This document shows positions 34,385 to 44,206 of a stretch of DNA of 64,000 bases, in pieces (the first letter of the stretch is position 1; each line of letters opens with the position of its first letter). The notes beneath the pieces are model-generated. The model saw nothing but the letters and a program-made list of their open reading frames with translations. It made no database searches and had not been told where the DNA came from. The DNA is from Candidatus Latescibacterota bacterium. GTDB lineage: Bacteria > Latescibacterota > UBA2968 > UBA8231. The position numbers and the translations under genes were made by a program. The stretch covers positions 256,001-320,000 of the forward strand of contig OZ253462.1 of the NCBI GenBank assembly GCA_965261395.1. The letters are read 5' to 3'.

Positions 34385-35323
34385 CTACAGCAGCTTGGGC
34401 AGCAGCAAGGCGAGGGCGATGCTGATGAGGAGACCGGCGAAGATCTTCGCCAAATCGGATAACACCAGCCGCGACACCTCCTGACGGCTGCGGTGCTTCT
34501 CGTTCCAGGCGATGGCGATCTCGCGTCCAGCTAGCAGACCAACGAAGACCCAAGTCGTGCTCATCGGGAGGTGGCTGACCTCCTTGAACAGGAACAGCAC
34601 GATGCCGTAGATCAGGTCCACGAACGTCGCCGAGCGGATGTCGGTAGTGTTCGTCTTCGTCAGCACCACTTTCTGGATGGCACCGCCGTGGGTGTAAAAG
34701 ATGAAGGCGAGCAAGGCCAGCATGACGACGATACTTGCCGCGAACCATCCCGCGGACAGTTCGCGCGGCAGGAAAACATAGATGTTCGCCAAGTCCTGTA
34801 TCAGCCACTGGCTCCAGAGGAAACCGGTCGAACACCACTGAGCCACAATCCACCAAGGGCTCGTCGGCCCCTCCGTCCGGTTGAAGCGGGACTCAAGACC
34901 TCGGGTGACCAGTCTGTAAATGAGAATAGCGGCCACGAAGGCGGTCGCGTACCCCGACAACGACTTGATCAGCATGCTCGGCAGCGCCTTCGGCGCGAAG
35001 ATCGTCAGGGTCAGGAAGGTGGTGCTGACCGGGATGCCCCAGCGGGTCAGCAAGAGCAGGACGAAAGGCGGAACGCAGTAAATCCAGCTAAAGTGCTCCG
35101 GCACCGGGATCGTCTGCAGCCTGCCGTAGGAGACATCGCCGTGGGCCATCCACCCATATACGAGGACCACCGTCATGATACTGCCGGCGAAGAGCCAGAG
35201 CACCCACCACGGACGGTGGTCGTTGGAACTGAGAAAGGTCCCCAAAGTCTGAATTGCGTCGTTGCCGACAATCGAATACGAGCCGAGCAAGAACCCGACG
35301 ACCATCAGTACTTCCTGACTCAT
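34385..35323 (-). CDS. Integral membrane protein, possibly related to PiT-type phosphate transporters
   Basis: About 9 TM segments; GNDAIQTLGTF, IPVSTTF, QDLANI, PMSTTWVFVG recall PiT signature elements. Confidence 0.65.
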   Translation of the reverse strand: MSQEVLMVVGFLLGSYSIVGNDAIQTLGTFLSSNDHRPWWVLWLFAGSIMTVVLVYGWMAHGDVSYGRLQTIPVPEHFSWIYCVPPFVLLLLTRWGIPVSTTFLTLTIFAPKALPSMLIKSLSGYATAFVAAILIYRLVTRGLESRFNRTEGPTSPWWIVAQWCSTGFLWSQWLIQDLANIYVFLPRELSAGWFAASIVVMLALLAFIFYTHGGAIQKVVLTKTNTTDIRSATFVDLIYGIVLFLFKEVSHLPMSTTWVFVGLLAGREIAIAWNEKHRSRQEVSRLVLSDLAKIFAGLLISIALALLLPKLL

Positions 35324-35515
35324 TTTTAAATACTCCTCGGGGATTTCCGATAATATTCAGGAAATGAAAATCAACCACCTCGGCGAGCGAATGTATCTAC
35401 TCGGCCGCAGCCGAGCAATGGCCGAGCCTCTGCTGTGCTCGGCAAGGAAATTTGGCCTCGCCCCGTTGCGCCATTACTTTCTCAGGCCACCATTCACCGC
35501 AGCCCCGAGCTATTT

Positions 35516-37264
35516 ATGACCGCTAAAATTCTCGCCGTCCTCCTCCTATTCGCCCTACCTATTCAAGCCAAAACTCGGATCGAAGCGGCCTACGCAGCCG
35601 GCGAACTCGACTTGGAGACGGCCCTGATCTACCAAGTCCTCAGCGTGCGCGCTCCCGACCAACTGCCGGCCATTTATCGAGAGTCTGGCGGGCTGGCGGT
35701 TTGCGGGACCCCGCACCTAGTCCAAGCCATGAGCACGGCTCCCAGCCTGAGCGCCGACTTCCAGGCGCGTTTGGGCAAACTTGTGAAAGACCGGCCGGAC
35801 GCCCAGCACAATCTCCTCTCGCCATCGGGACACTTTCGCGTCCACTACGATACCGCAGGAGTCAACGCGGTTTCGTCTAGAGACGACGACGCCAACGACA
35901 TCCCGGACTACATCGACCGCACGCTCTCCATCCTCGACAGCACTTGGGTGCTCGAAATCGAGCAACTCGGCTACAATCCACCCCCTTCGGACAACGGCTT
36001 GGGCGGCGGAGGCGAATACGACGTTCATGTTGTCGAGCTAGGAGTTGGCAGGAGTTTTTATGGGTTCGCCTATCCTGGGACGTCCGGCGCGACCACCTAC
36101 AGCCATCTAGAAATTGACAACAACTTCACCGACCCAGGCTACAAGCAGACCCGCGGACTGGACGCCCTGCGAGTGACCATCGCCCACGAGTTCCACCACG
36201 CCCTTCAGTTTGGCTACTACGCGACATTCGACGGCAGTTGGTGGCAGGAGTCAACCTCGACGTGGATGGAGGAAGTAGCCTATCCGCACATCGACGATTA
36301 TCTCCAGTACTTGACCTACTTCCTCGGCGAACCCCAACGCGCCCTCAACTCCGGCCCTTATCAAAGCCTCCACACCTACGGCAGTGCGATCTTTTCCCTC
36401 TTCCTCGATCAGCGCTACAACCGCGAACTCAACCGCCTGATCTGGGAAGAAGTGGGCCGGCGCAAAAGCGTCGATCTCGATCATTTCGACCGCATCATCC
36501 GCCAAGTCGAGCCGGGAGGACTAGGCATCGTCATGGGCGAATTTGCCGTCTGGAATTATTTCACCGGCACTCGCTACCGCGACGAATACTATGCCGAGGG
36601 GGACAAATACCCGACCGTCCCCACCCGCGACATCGCCGTCGCCGCCGAGACCGTCGTCCGCGACACCAGCCTAGTAGTCGAAGCCACCGGCAGCGCCTAT
36701 CTGCGCCTTGAGCCGCAACTGCGCTCGGGCGGGGTCGATCTGTTTTTTGACGCAAACCAAGGGGCGTGGCGTCGCCACTTGCTCTTAGTCGGCCCAGATA
36801 GCGTCTCCGTGCAGCTAGTTTCTGAACCGACGATCCGCGTCAGTAGCTGGGACCAGTTCGACGAGATCGTCCTCGTCGCTACCTCGGCTAAGCACACGGG
36901 CCTAGCCTACCAGCACCTGTTTACCGCGCAATTCGATCCCGACCTAACCGACGCGCCGACCGCCCTCGCCACCCTGCTCAAACCCAACTACCCCAACCCA
37001 TTCCGCCCCGGCCAACACCCGCACACCCGGTTGGCGTTCGACCTAGCCTTCCCCAGCAGAAAAACCCGCCTCGCGCTCTTTACCGCCAACGGCACGCTCG
37101 TCTGGGAGCAAGACTTAGGCGAACGTGCGGCGCGAGCAGACCACGCCGTGCTGTGGGACGGCCGCAACGACGCCGGCAATCTCGTAGCCAGCGGCATCTA
37201 TCACCTGCTCCTCGAAGCCGACGGCACAGCGGCCAAGCGCACACTAGCCGTGGTGCGCGATTGA
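35516..37264 (+). CDS. Secreted zinc metalloprotease (MXAN_6640-like) with C-terminal FlgD-Ig/sorting-like domain
   Basis: Signal peptide, CGTP, HFRVHY, AHEFHHALQ (HExxH), WWQESTSTWME, NYPNPF...WDGRNDAGNLVASGIY. Confidence 0.8.
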   Translation: MTAKILAVLLLFALPIQAKTRIEAAYAAGELDLETALIYQVLSVRAPDQLPAIYRESGGLAVCGTPHLVQAMSTAPSLSADFQARLGKLVKDRPDAQHNLLSPSGHFRVHYDTAGVNAVSSRDDDANDIPDYIDRTLSILDSTWVLEIEQLGYNPPPSDNGLGGGGEYDVHVVELGVGRSFYGFAYPGTSGATTYSHLEIDNNFTDPGYKQTRGLDALRVTIAHEFHHALQFGYYATFDGSWWQESTSTWMEEVAYPHIDDYLQYLTYFLGEPQRALNSGPYQSLHTYGSAIFSLFLDQRYNRELNRLIWEEVGRRKSVDLDHFDRIIRQVEPGGLGIVMGEFAVWNYFTGTRYRDEYYAEGDKYPTVPTRDIAVAAETVVRDTSLVVEATGSAYLRLEPQLRSGGVDLFFDANQGAWRRHLLLVGPDSVSVQLVSEPTIRVSSWDQFDEIVLVATSAKHTGLAYQHLFTAQFDPDLTDAPTALATLLKPNYPNPFRPGQHPHTRLAFDLAFPSRKTRLALFTANGTLVWEQDLGERAARADHAVLWDGRNDAGNLVASGIYHLLLEADGTAAKRTLAVVRD

Positions 37265-39195
37265 CACCTCCACCTCCGCGCCGCGTCTCCCTCCGCGCCA
37301 TCGCCATCGGGGCCATCGGCTGCCTCGCCATCGCCGCGGGCGAACCGTTTGGCGTCTTGGTGATGCGCAGCTCGCCCATGGCCGCCGACTACTCGACCGG
37401 CGCGGCCCTGTTCTTGTTTTTTCTCGTCACCTTGCTCATCAACCCGCTCGCCAAATTGCTCACCGGCACCAGCCTGCACACCGGCGAGCTGGCCACCGTG
37501 TACATAATGATGGTCGTGGGGGCCGCCATTCCCTCTTGGGGCCTGACCATGAACCTGATCCCGCTCCTCGGCGGGTTCTTTTACTACGCCACCCCGGAAA
37601 ACGACTGGGCCAACATCATCCAGCCCTATATATCGCAGCTCCTCGTGCCGGAGGACAGCGCCGCCATCCAAAAGCTGTTTGAAGGCAACGCCCAAGGCGA
37701 ACGCATCCCTTGGGGGGCTTGGGCGACGCCGCTTATGGCGTGGGGCCTGTTTGTCGTCAACATGTACTTCACCACGCTGTGCGTGCTCGTCGTGCTGCGC
37801 AAGCAGTGGGTCGAGCGCGAGCGGCTCAACTTCCCGCTGGCCACCTTGCCCATCGAAATGAGTGCCCGCGCCAAAGACCAAGTCGTCGCACCTTTTTACC
37901 GCAATTACCTTACTTGGGTCGGCTTTGCCATTCCCGCGCTCATCGGCTCGGTCAACGCCCTGCACCGCTATTTCAACTTCGTCCCACAGATCGACCTCAA
38001 CCTCTGGGTGCCCCTTTTGCGCCGCTCCATCGGGGTCAACTTTCGCCCGCACTTCGAGGTCGTCGGCCTCTCCTACTTGCTCAATCTCGACATCTCCATG
38101 GGCGTGTGGTTTTTTGCCTTCCTCAACATGGTGGCCATAGGCTTGTGCCGTATGACAGGGTGGAATATCGGCCCGGAGCAGCCCTATTCCTCGCCGTCGC
38201 CGCCCAGCGTCGCCCACATCGCCCTCGGTGCGTTGTTTTTTCTCGTGCTGTCCAGCTTGTGGAGCGGGCGTCAGCACTTGCGCCAGGTCTGGCGCAAGGC
38301 TCTGCGCGGCGACGACTCCATCGACGACAGCGGGGAATTGCTCCCGTACCGCGTCGCGGTCTTTGGATTTATCGTCAGCTTTTTGCTCGGCCTGTTCGCG
38401 CTCTATGCTACCAACATGAACCTGCCGACCGCCTTTGTCTTTCAGCTTTCGGCCCTCGTCATATTCGTCGGCTTGGCCCGCATCATCTCGCAGGCCGGGC
38501 TGGCCTATTGCCGCGCTCCGGTGGCTCCGGCCGTGTTTACCGTCAACACGCTCGGGTCGTCGTCGGTGGGTGCCCCGGGCCTGACGGCGCTGGCGCTCAA
38601 CTTCCCTTGGTCGGCCGACATCCGCACCTTCGTCATGGCCTCGGCCGCCACGGGCCTCAAGCTGGCGGAAGTGACGCGCCTCGAATACCGTCGCTTGTTC
38701 TGGGCCATTGCCGTGGCCATTGTCGTCACTATGGCTGGCTCCATCACCGCAGTCATCCACCTCGCGTACACCTATGGGGGCATCAACCTGAGCAGTTGGC
38801 AGTTCGGCTATATGACGACCTATACCGGCAACTGGATTACCAACAACCTCAACAACCTCCAACCCACCCACGCTTGGCATTTGTCCTTTGCCGGCCTCGG
38901 CGCGCTCTTGATGGGCCTGTTGACGTTTATAAAAAACCGCTTCGTCGGCTTTCCCATTCACCCCATCGGCTTGGCCATCGGGCTGCCGCATCCCGTGCAA
39001 CTAATCTGGCCGTCGGTCTTTATGGCTTGGCTGCTTAAGGCGCTCATTCTCAAATACGGCGGTCCCCGGCTCTACACGCGCTTGCGCCCGTTCTTCTTGG
39101 GGCTGGTGCTAGGCGCGTTTGGCACCGCCGGGTTGTGGCTCATCATCGACTTCTGCACCGGCATGACGGGCAACCGGCTGATTAACATCGGCTGA
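37261..39195 (+). CDS. Polytopic membrane protein (DUF6785/DUF6784-like putative transporter)
   Basis: Many TM helices; LRKQWVERERLNFPL, FPIHPIG, LILKYGG, PFFLGLVLG; TTG start overlaps the upstream stop. Confidence 0.75.
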   Translation: MTPPPPRRVSLRAIAIGAIGCLAIAAGEPFGVLVMRSSPMAADYSTGAALFLFFLVTLLINPLAKLLTGTSLHTGELATVYIMMVVGAAIPSWGLTMNLIPLLGGFFYYATPENDWANIIQPYISQLLVPEDSAAIQKLFEGNAQGERIPWGAWATPLMAWGLFVVNMYFTTLCVLVVLRKQWVERERLNFPLATLPIEMSARAKDQVVAPFYRNYLTWVGFAIPALIGSVNALHRYFNFVPQIDLNLWVPLLRRSIGVNFRPHFEVVGLSYLLNLDISMGVWFFAFLNMVAIGLCRMTGWNIGPEQPYSSPSPPSVAHIALGALFFLVLSSLWSGRQHLRQVWRKALRGDDSIDDSGELLPYRVAVFGFIVSFLLGLFALYATNMNLPTAFVFQLSALVIFVGLARIISQAGLAYCRAPVAPAVFTVNTLGSSSVGAPGLTALALNFPWSADIRTFVMASAATGLKLAEVTRLEYRRLFWAIAVAIVVTMAGSITAVIHLAYTYGGINLSSWQFGYMTTYTGNWITNNLNNLQPTHAWHLSFAGLGALLMGLLTFIKNRFVGFPIHPIGLAIGLPHPVQLIWPSVFMAWLLKALILKYGGPRLYTRLRPFFLGLVLGAFGTAGLWLIIDFCTGMTGNRLINIG

Positions 39196-39221
39196 TTACC
39201 AGCTCGTGAGTCGTTTGGCCG

Positions 39222-40256
39222 CTACGCCAGCCCGTGATCGATGCCGAGCTTGATCGAGCGCTCGGGATGCTGGTCGATCTCTTGATAGGCGTCAGCGGCT
39301 GCGGCAAAGGGCACGACCGGGTCGATGAGGTCGTCGGCTTGCAAACGGCCTTCGACCAACAGGGCCAGCGACTCCGCGCGGATGCGGGCGAAATTCCAAC
39401 TCGCCTGCGGCAACGGCTCGCTGCAAGCGCGGCTGGAGATGACCTGAATGCGGTTGCGGTGCCACTCGCCGGCCAAGCGCAAGCCCTGTTCCCCGTGGTA
39501 ATACGCAGTCGAGACCAAGGTGCCGGCGTAGCAGGTCGCGCGCATGGCGTCTTCAAACGCGCGGTAGGAGCCGCTCGTTTCAAAGGCGATATCCGCGCCG
39601 ATCTTGTCGGTGTGTTGCTTGATCTCCAAGCCAGCGTCCATGGCCACCGGGTCCAGCGCCAAGTCGGCGTGGTGGCGCAGAGCCGCAGCGCGGCGGCGTT
39701 CAATGGGATCGACGACCGCCACCCAACGCGCACCGCACAGACGCGCGGCCTGCGCGACCATCAGCCCGATAGCACCGAGTCCAAAGACGGCGACGCGGTC
39801 GCCCAAGCGCACCGCGCCATCGCGCACTGCGCCGACGGCAAAGTCGGCCGGGTCCCAATACATGATGGCTTGCGGCGAAATTCCGTCTGGGGCCTTTTGC
39901 ACGCGCGCCGCCGCTATAGTGTGCGTTTCGCGGATGGGCAAATGCGCGAAGACCCGGTCGCCTTCCCGCAGCGCTGTGACCTCAGCACCCACTTCGACGA
40001 CCGCGCCCAAGCACATGTTGCCGAGGTGTCGAGGGAAGCCAGTGGCCACCGATTCGCCGCGGCGGTGCAGGCGCAGTTCGCCGTCCCAGCGGTCGGATGC
40101 GTCGGGTGTGTCGGCGCGGAAGCCGCGCAGTTCGGTGCCGTGCTTGACCGAACTGAAGAGGCTTTGAACGCGGATTTCGTCCGGGGCTAAGGGCGGTTCT
40201 TGATACGAACTGAGGACAGCATGGCCGGGACGATCGGCAATCAATTCGAGCGGCAT
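39222..40256 (-). CDS. Zinc-binding alcohol dehydrogenase family (MDR) protein
   Basis: SSVKHGTE, VEVGAEVT..GDRV, VAVFGLGAIG, FETSG; RBS GGAG upstream of MPLEL. Confidence 0.85.
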   Translation of the reverse strand: MPLELIADRPGHAVLSSYQEPPLAPDEIRVQSLFSSVKHGTELRGFRADTPDASDRWDGELRLHRRGESVATGFPRHLGNMCLGAVVEVGAEVTALREGDRVFAHLPIRETHTIAAARVQKAPDGISPQAIMYWDPADFAVGAVRDGAVRLGDRVAVFGLGAIGLMVAQAARLCGARWVAVVDPIERRRAAALRHHADLALDPVAMDAGLEIKQHTDKIGADIAFETSGSYRAFEDAMRATCYAGTLVSTAYYHGEQGLRLAGEWHRNRIQVISSRACSEPLPQASWNFARIRAESLALLVEGRLQADDLIDPVVPFAAAADAYQEIDQHPERSIKLGIDHGLA

Positions 40257-40288
40257 GAGGTAAACTCCTATGAGAGAGGTTGAGTCGG

Positions 40289-40377
40289 GTTGACATGGAC
40301 GGGCGTTTGCAACCATTGGACGTTGACATGAATGGGCATTTGCAATCATGTTGACATGAATGGACGGGTTGCAATCA
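40289..40377. repeat. Three tandem ~27-28 nt direct repeats GTTGACATG(A/G)A..G..TTGCAA(T/C)CA
   Basis: Copies start at 40289, 40322 and 40350. Confidence 0.8.
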
Positions 40378-40379
40378 GA

Positions 40380-40409
40380 TGTAGGGGCGACCGGCCGGTC
40401 GCCCCTACA
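40380..40409. repeat. GTAG-family REP: perfect 30-bp palindrome TGTAGGGGCGACCGGCCGGTCGCCCCTACA
   Basis: Exact inverted repeat seen in the sequence, with the GTAG terminal motif. Confidence 0.8.
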
Positions 40410-40444
40410 AATATGTATCTGTCAACACAACCTGATTATAATTA

Positions 40445-41554
40445 ATGAACGCATACCAACGCTTCGTCCGCCCCCTCCTGTTCCGCTGTGATCCAGAGCG
40501 CATCCACGAGCAGGCCCTCGCGCTTGGCGAGCGGGTCGGTTCTTCCGCAGCGGGCCGCCATCTGCTCTCCAGCCTCTTTGCCTTTGCGGACGCGCGGTTG
40601 ACGACCCAAGTGGGCGGCTTGCGCTTTGCCAATCCGCTGGGCATGGCGGCGGGGTTCGACAAGAACGGCCGGGTGATCCAAGCGCTTGCGGCCATGGGCT
40701 TTGGGTTTGTGGAGGTGGGGTCGGTATCGGCCCATCCTTCGGCTGGGAATCCGCGGCCCCGCTTGTTCCGCCTGCCATTAGACGAGGCCATTGTGGTCAA
40801 CTATGGAGTGCCCAATGACGGGGCCACAGTCGTGGCGGATCGCGTGGCCCAGCGGCCGACGGCCGTGCCCTTGGGGATCAACCTAGTCGAAACCAATACC
40901 GGGCAGGCCATTGCACCCGATGCGGTCGTGGCGGAGCTAGCCGCGGCCCTAGTGCCCTTTGTCGGGCGGGCCGACTACATCGCGTTCAATCTCAATTGTC
41001 CGAACACGACCGGCGGCGTCAGCCCATTCACCGGCGGGAATCATTTGCGCGACCTGCTGCGCGAATGCGCTGCCATCGACGACCTGCCGCCGATCTTTCT
41101 CAAGCTCACGGCGCACACCGATCCGGCGCGGCTGGACTGGATGCTGGAGTCGGTCGATCCGTTTGCTTTCGTCAAGGGCTTCATCTTCAACCTGCCGCCA
41201 GGAACGAACTATCCGCTCAAGTCGCCAGCCCACCACCTAGCCTCCCTGCCCGGAACCTTGTGCGGCCGGCCCGTTCAGAGCCTGATCGACGAAACCGTGC
41301 GCTTCTGGTACGGGCGGATCGACCACCAGCGGCACGCGATCATCGGCGTGGGGGGGATTTCATCGGCCCGCGACGCATACCGCAAAATTCGCCTTGGGGC
41401 TTCGCTCGTGCAGCTATACTCAGCGCTGGTTTTCAGGGGACCGGGAGTCGTGCGGCAAATCAACGCGGGGTTGGCACACCTGTTGGAGCGCGATGGGTTT
41501 GCCCGAGTGGCAGACGCGGTCGGCATCGACAATCAAGCAAAAGCCGCGGTGTAG
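40445..41554 (+). CDS. pyrD: Quinone-dependent dihydroorotate dehydrogenase
   Basis: DPERIHE, NPLGMAAGFDKNG, GNPRPRLFRL, NLNCPNT, IIGVGGI, GASLVQLYS. Confidence 0.9.
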   Translation: MNAYQRFVRPLLFRCDPERIHEQALALGERVGSSAAGRHLLSSLFAFADARLTTQVGGLRFANPLGMAAGFDKNGRVIQALAAMGFGFVEVGSVSAHPSAGNPRPRLFRLPLDEAIVVNYGVPNDGATVVADRVAQRPTAVPLGINLVETNTGQAIAPDAVVAELAAALVPFVGRADYIAFNLNCPNTTGGVSPFTGGNHLRDLLRECAAIDDLPPIFLKLTAHTDPARLDWMLESVDPFAFVKGFIFNLPPGTNYPLKSPAHHLASLPGTLCGRPVQSLIDETVRFWYGRIDHQRHAIIGVGGISSARDAYRKIRLGASLVQLYSALVFRGPGVVRQINAGLAHLLERDGFARVADAVGIDNQAKAAV

Positions 41555-41558
41555 CTAC

Positions 41559-42446
41559 CTACCGAATGCGGGGGTTGATCTGCAAATCCCACGCGCGCCA
41601 GTAGTACTTGAGCGGGTCGTCCGCGTCCCATTTGGCGTAAATGTCCTCCCAATCCGTAAAGTGCATGTGCAGCTCCAGCGAATCTTCGCGGACGGGGTGG
41701 CTCATGGGCTGATAGCGATAGTCGAGCGAGATGCGCAGGAGATCACCGCTTTCGTTGTCTTGGCCCTGATGCGCGGTGAGACTGTGGCATATCAGCACGT
41801 CGCCAGCGCAAAAGTCGCCGCCCGCCCACAGCGTGTCCTCGGGCAGCTCGACGGCGTTACCGCCCGCGCCAGTCGCCTTTTGAACGTCTAGCTTGCCCAG
41901 CTTGTGGCTGCCCGGCGCCACTGCCAAGCTGCCCAGCGTGGCCGGACAGTCACCGGCCGGGATCCAAGCGGTCCACGTCTCGTCAGTGCCGCCGATGTAG
42001 AAATTGTCTTGGTGCGGCGGGGTGGTGTGCGTTAGGGCGTTGGGGAAAATTACCCGGCAGATATTGCGGCTGTGGGGCAGAGCCTCCTCGCCGAAGAGCG
42101 TGGCAAACATCGCCAAGATCGCCGGGTGCAAAGCCAAGGCGTTGAAGGTGCGCAACCGCTGGACATCGGTGTAAAAGGCGATCCACTCGGGCGAGAGGCC
42201 TTCGATGAAAAGCTGTCCGTCGCGGGAGACCCCGTCCATCAAGGGCGCGTCGTCGTCGAGCCAGCCGTGCTTTTGGCATACTTCGAGGATTTGGCGGCGC
42301 AGGTCGAGCACCGACTCTGTATCCAGCAGCGAGCGGAAGAACAAATAGCCCTGCTCGGTCGCGCGCGCGCGCAAGGCGTCGGCCGCGTCGAGCAGGGGGG
42401 TGGAGTCGACGAAATTTTCGATGTTGAGCATGGTTTGCTGGGCCAT
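41559..42446 (-). CDS. Phytanoyl-CoA dioxygenase family (Fe/2OG) protein
   Basis: TPPHQD, TAWIP, PGSHK, GDVLICHSLTAH, RISLDYRYQP. Confidence 0.9.
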   Translation of the reverse strand: MAQQTMLNIENFVDSTPLLDAADALRARATEQGYLFFRSLLDTESVLDLRRQILEVCQKHGWLDDDAPLMDGVSRDGQLFIEGLSPEWIAFYTDVQRLRTFNALALHPAILAMFATLFGEEALPHSRNICRVIFPNALTHTTPPHQDNFYIGGTDETWTAWIPAGDCPATLGSLAVAPGSHKLGKLDVQKATGAGGNAVELPEDTLWAGGDFCAGDVLICHSLTAHQGQDNESGDLLRISLDYRYQPMSHPVREDSLELHMHFTDWEDIYAKWDADDPLKYYWRAWDLQINPRIR

Positions 42447-42450
42447 TGGA

Positions 42451-42903
42451 TCACTCCTGTTCTTTGTCCCAAAAGGCGCGTAAGGTGTCGATGTACGCGG
42501 CGGAAAGGCCGTGTTCGACAGCTCCCTGGATCACGGCTTTGAGGTATTCTTCCGAGGGCGAATAGTGGTGTCCGGCGTCGAGGCGAGAGAGATACGTCCA
42601 AACTTCGCCGAGCTTAGGTATCGTTATCGTGTCCCGCCGGTACTTGATGCCCTCGCTTTCGTAGTGGTCGAGGCGTCTGAAGTCGTCCGCCGTCATTTCG
42701 TATATGACGCCTTCGACGTAAGCGTCCTCGTTGGGCCGGATGCTGGCTACGCCCATGCCACCGCGCGTGAAGGAAATCATCGGAAAACACAGCTCATAGC
42801 CTTCTACGCGCACCACAGAGTGGAGACGGGCACCCGGGCAGCGGGCCTGCATCTGGTGCTTGAGCAAGTTGGACCCATAGGTGAAGTAGAGCATTTCGGC
42901 CAT
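42451..42903 (-). CDS. Gamma-glutamylcyclotransferase family protein
   Basis: YFTYGSNL...RCPGA, VEGVIYE, LDHYE, PSEEYL. Confidence 0.9.
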   Translation of the reverse strand: MAEMLYFTYGSNLLKHQMQARCPGARLHSVVRVEGYELCFPMISFTRGGMGVASIRPNEDAYVEGVIYEMTADDFRRLDHYESEGIKYRRDTITIPKLGEVWTYLSRLDAGHHYSPSEEYLKAVIQGAVEHGLSAAYIDTLRAFWDKEQE

Positions 42904-42945
42904 TACCCGACCTCTTTCTGTTGGGGGAGAGCCATACCGCGCACG

Positions 42946-44118
42946 CTACCACCCCTTCCACGAGCCGTCGGCGTGCCGGTATTGGCGATAGGCCATCGGC
43001 TGGTAGGGCTGCGCGGCCAGATCGGCTTCCTTGACCTCAACGCCGAGGCCGGGCGCGTCGGAGAGGGCAATATGGCCACCCTCGACGTGCCAATCGTGCT
43101 CGACATAGCGGTCGTAGATCGAAAGCCAGAAGTGGTTGGTCTCCTGGATGAGGAAATTGCCCATCAGCGCATCGGCCTGCAGGGTAGCCGCCGTGCAGAG
43201 CGGGCCGCCGGCATTGTGCGGAGCCATCAGCATCTGTTCGGCTGCGGCAGCGCGGGCGATTTCAAGCAGATGCGCGATGCCGAAACAGTGGGTGAGATCC
43301 GGCTGCAAATAGGCGCAGGCGCGCTCGGCGATTAGGGGACGAAATTGTTCTAACGTAAAGAGCTTCTCGCCGGTGGCGATGGGAATGGGGCTTTTGCGCG
43401 TCACTTCTAAGAGGGCCTCCACCGAGCCGGTTTTGACTGGTTCTTCGAGCAGCAGCGGGCGGCTGGCCGCGGTGCGCCGCGCGAATTCAACGCTCATTTC
43501 GGGGGTGGGACTGCCGTGGGCGTCGAGGAGAATGTCGAACTCGGCACCCACTTCCCGCCGCATCGCTTCGACGCAAGCGACCGAGTGGTCGATAGCCGCG
43601 CCATCCATCGGCCACGTGCGACTCTCCAAGGGATTGCCTTTGACGCCGGCAAAGCCCTGGTCTTGGATCTGGCGCGCGCCCGCAGCGGCTTGTTCCGGCG
43701 CGGCAAAGCTGCCGCCGTTGCTATAGACGCGAATTTTGTCGCGCCGCCGGCCGCCCAGCAGCGTGTGGACCGGCACGCCCCAAGCTTTGCCGGCTAGGTC
43801 GTGCAGCGCGGCGTCAATGGCGGCGATGGCCGTGCCGAAGACCGGGCCGCCCTTCCACGGCAGGCGGTTTTGGATATCCTCGGTTAGCGCGCGGTAGTGG
43901 AGCGGGTCGCGGTCCAAGAGCAGTTCTTGCCACGCGGCGAGCGTGGCCTCGACCGAGGGCACCAGCCACTCGCCGCTGCCTTCGCCCCAGCCGCTGAGAC
44001 CTACATCCGTCTCGATCTTGAAGAAAAGCCACGTCTTGGAAGAACTGGCAATTAGCGCGGCGGTGTCTTGGCCCGTGGGGACGCTGAACTTATAGGTTTT
44101 GGTTGCGGTAATTTTCAC
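42946..44118 (-). CDS. Mandelate racemase/galactonate dehydratase-like enolase superfamily enzyme
   Basis: FKIETDVGLSGWGE, DLAGKAWGVPVHTLLGG, LDAHG, LEEP, IATGE, LQPD, APHN. Confidence 0.9.
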   Translation of the reverse strand: MKITATKTYKFSVPTGQDTAALIASSSKTWLFFKIETDVGLSGWGEGSGEWLVPSVEATLAAWQELLLDRDPLHYRALTEDIQNRLPWKGGPVFGTAIAAIDAALHDLAGKAWGVPVHTLLGGRRRDKIRVYSNGGSFAAPEQAAAGARQIQDQGFAGVKGNPLESRTWPMDGAAIDHSVACVEAMRREVGAEFDILLDAHGSPTPEMSVEFARRTAASRPLLLEEPVKTGSVEALLEVTRKSPIPIATGEKLFTLEQFRPLIAERACAYLQPDLTHCFGIAHLLEIARAAAAEQMLMAPHNAGGPLCTAATLQADALMGNFLIQETNHFWLSIYDRYVEHDWHVEGGHIALSDAPGLGVEVKEADLAAQPYQPMAYRQYRHADGSWKGW

Positions 44119-44206
44119 GGCCGCATCCTTTGGATTTTGATAAAGAGTGCGGATATAGTACCATTCAGGCTCGCCGCACGCAAACCTTCATCTCCTCGGA
44201 GGAATC

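Noticed and set aside
37201-39038. Long antisense or alternative-frame ORFs (599 aa, 442 aa) over the membrane protein, and similar shadow ORFs over gltB, uvrA and the heparinase-like gene
   Set aside because: These are typical shadow ORFs of high-GC genes, with no recognisable motifs.
40289-40377. Mini-CRISPR interpretation of the three direct repeats
   Set aside because: The copies are separated by only 1-6 nt, so there are no spacers.
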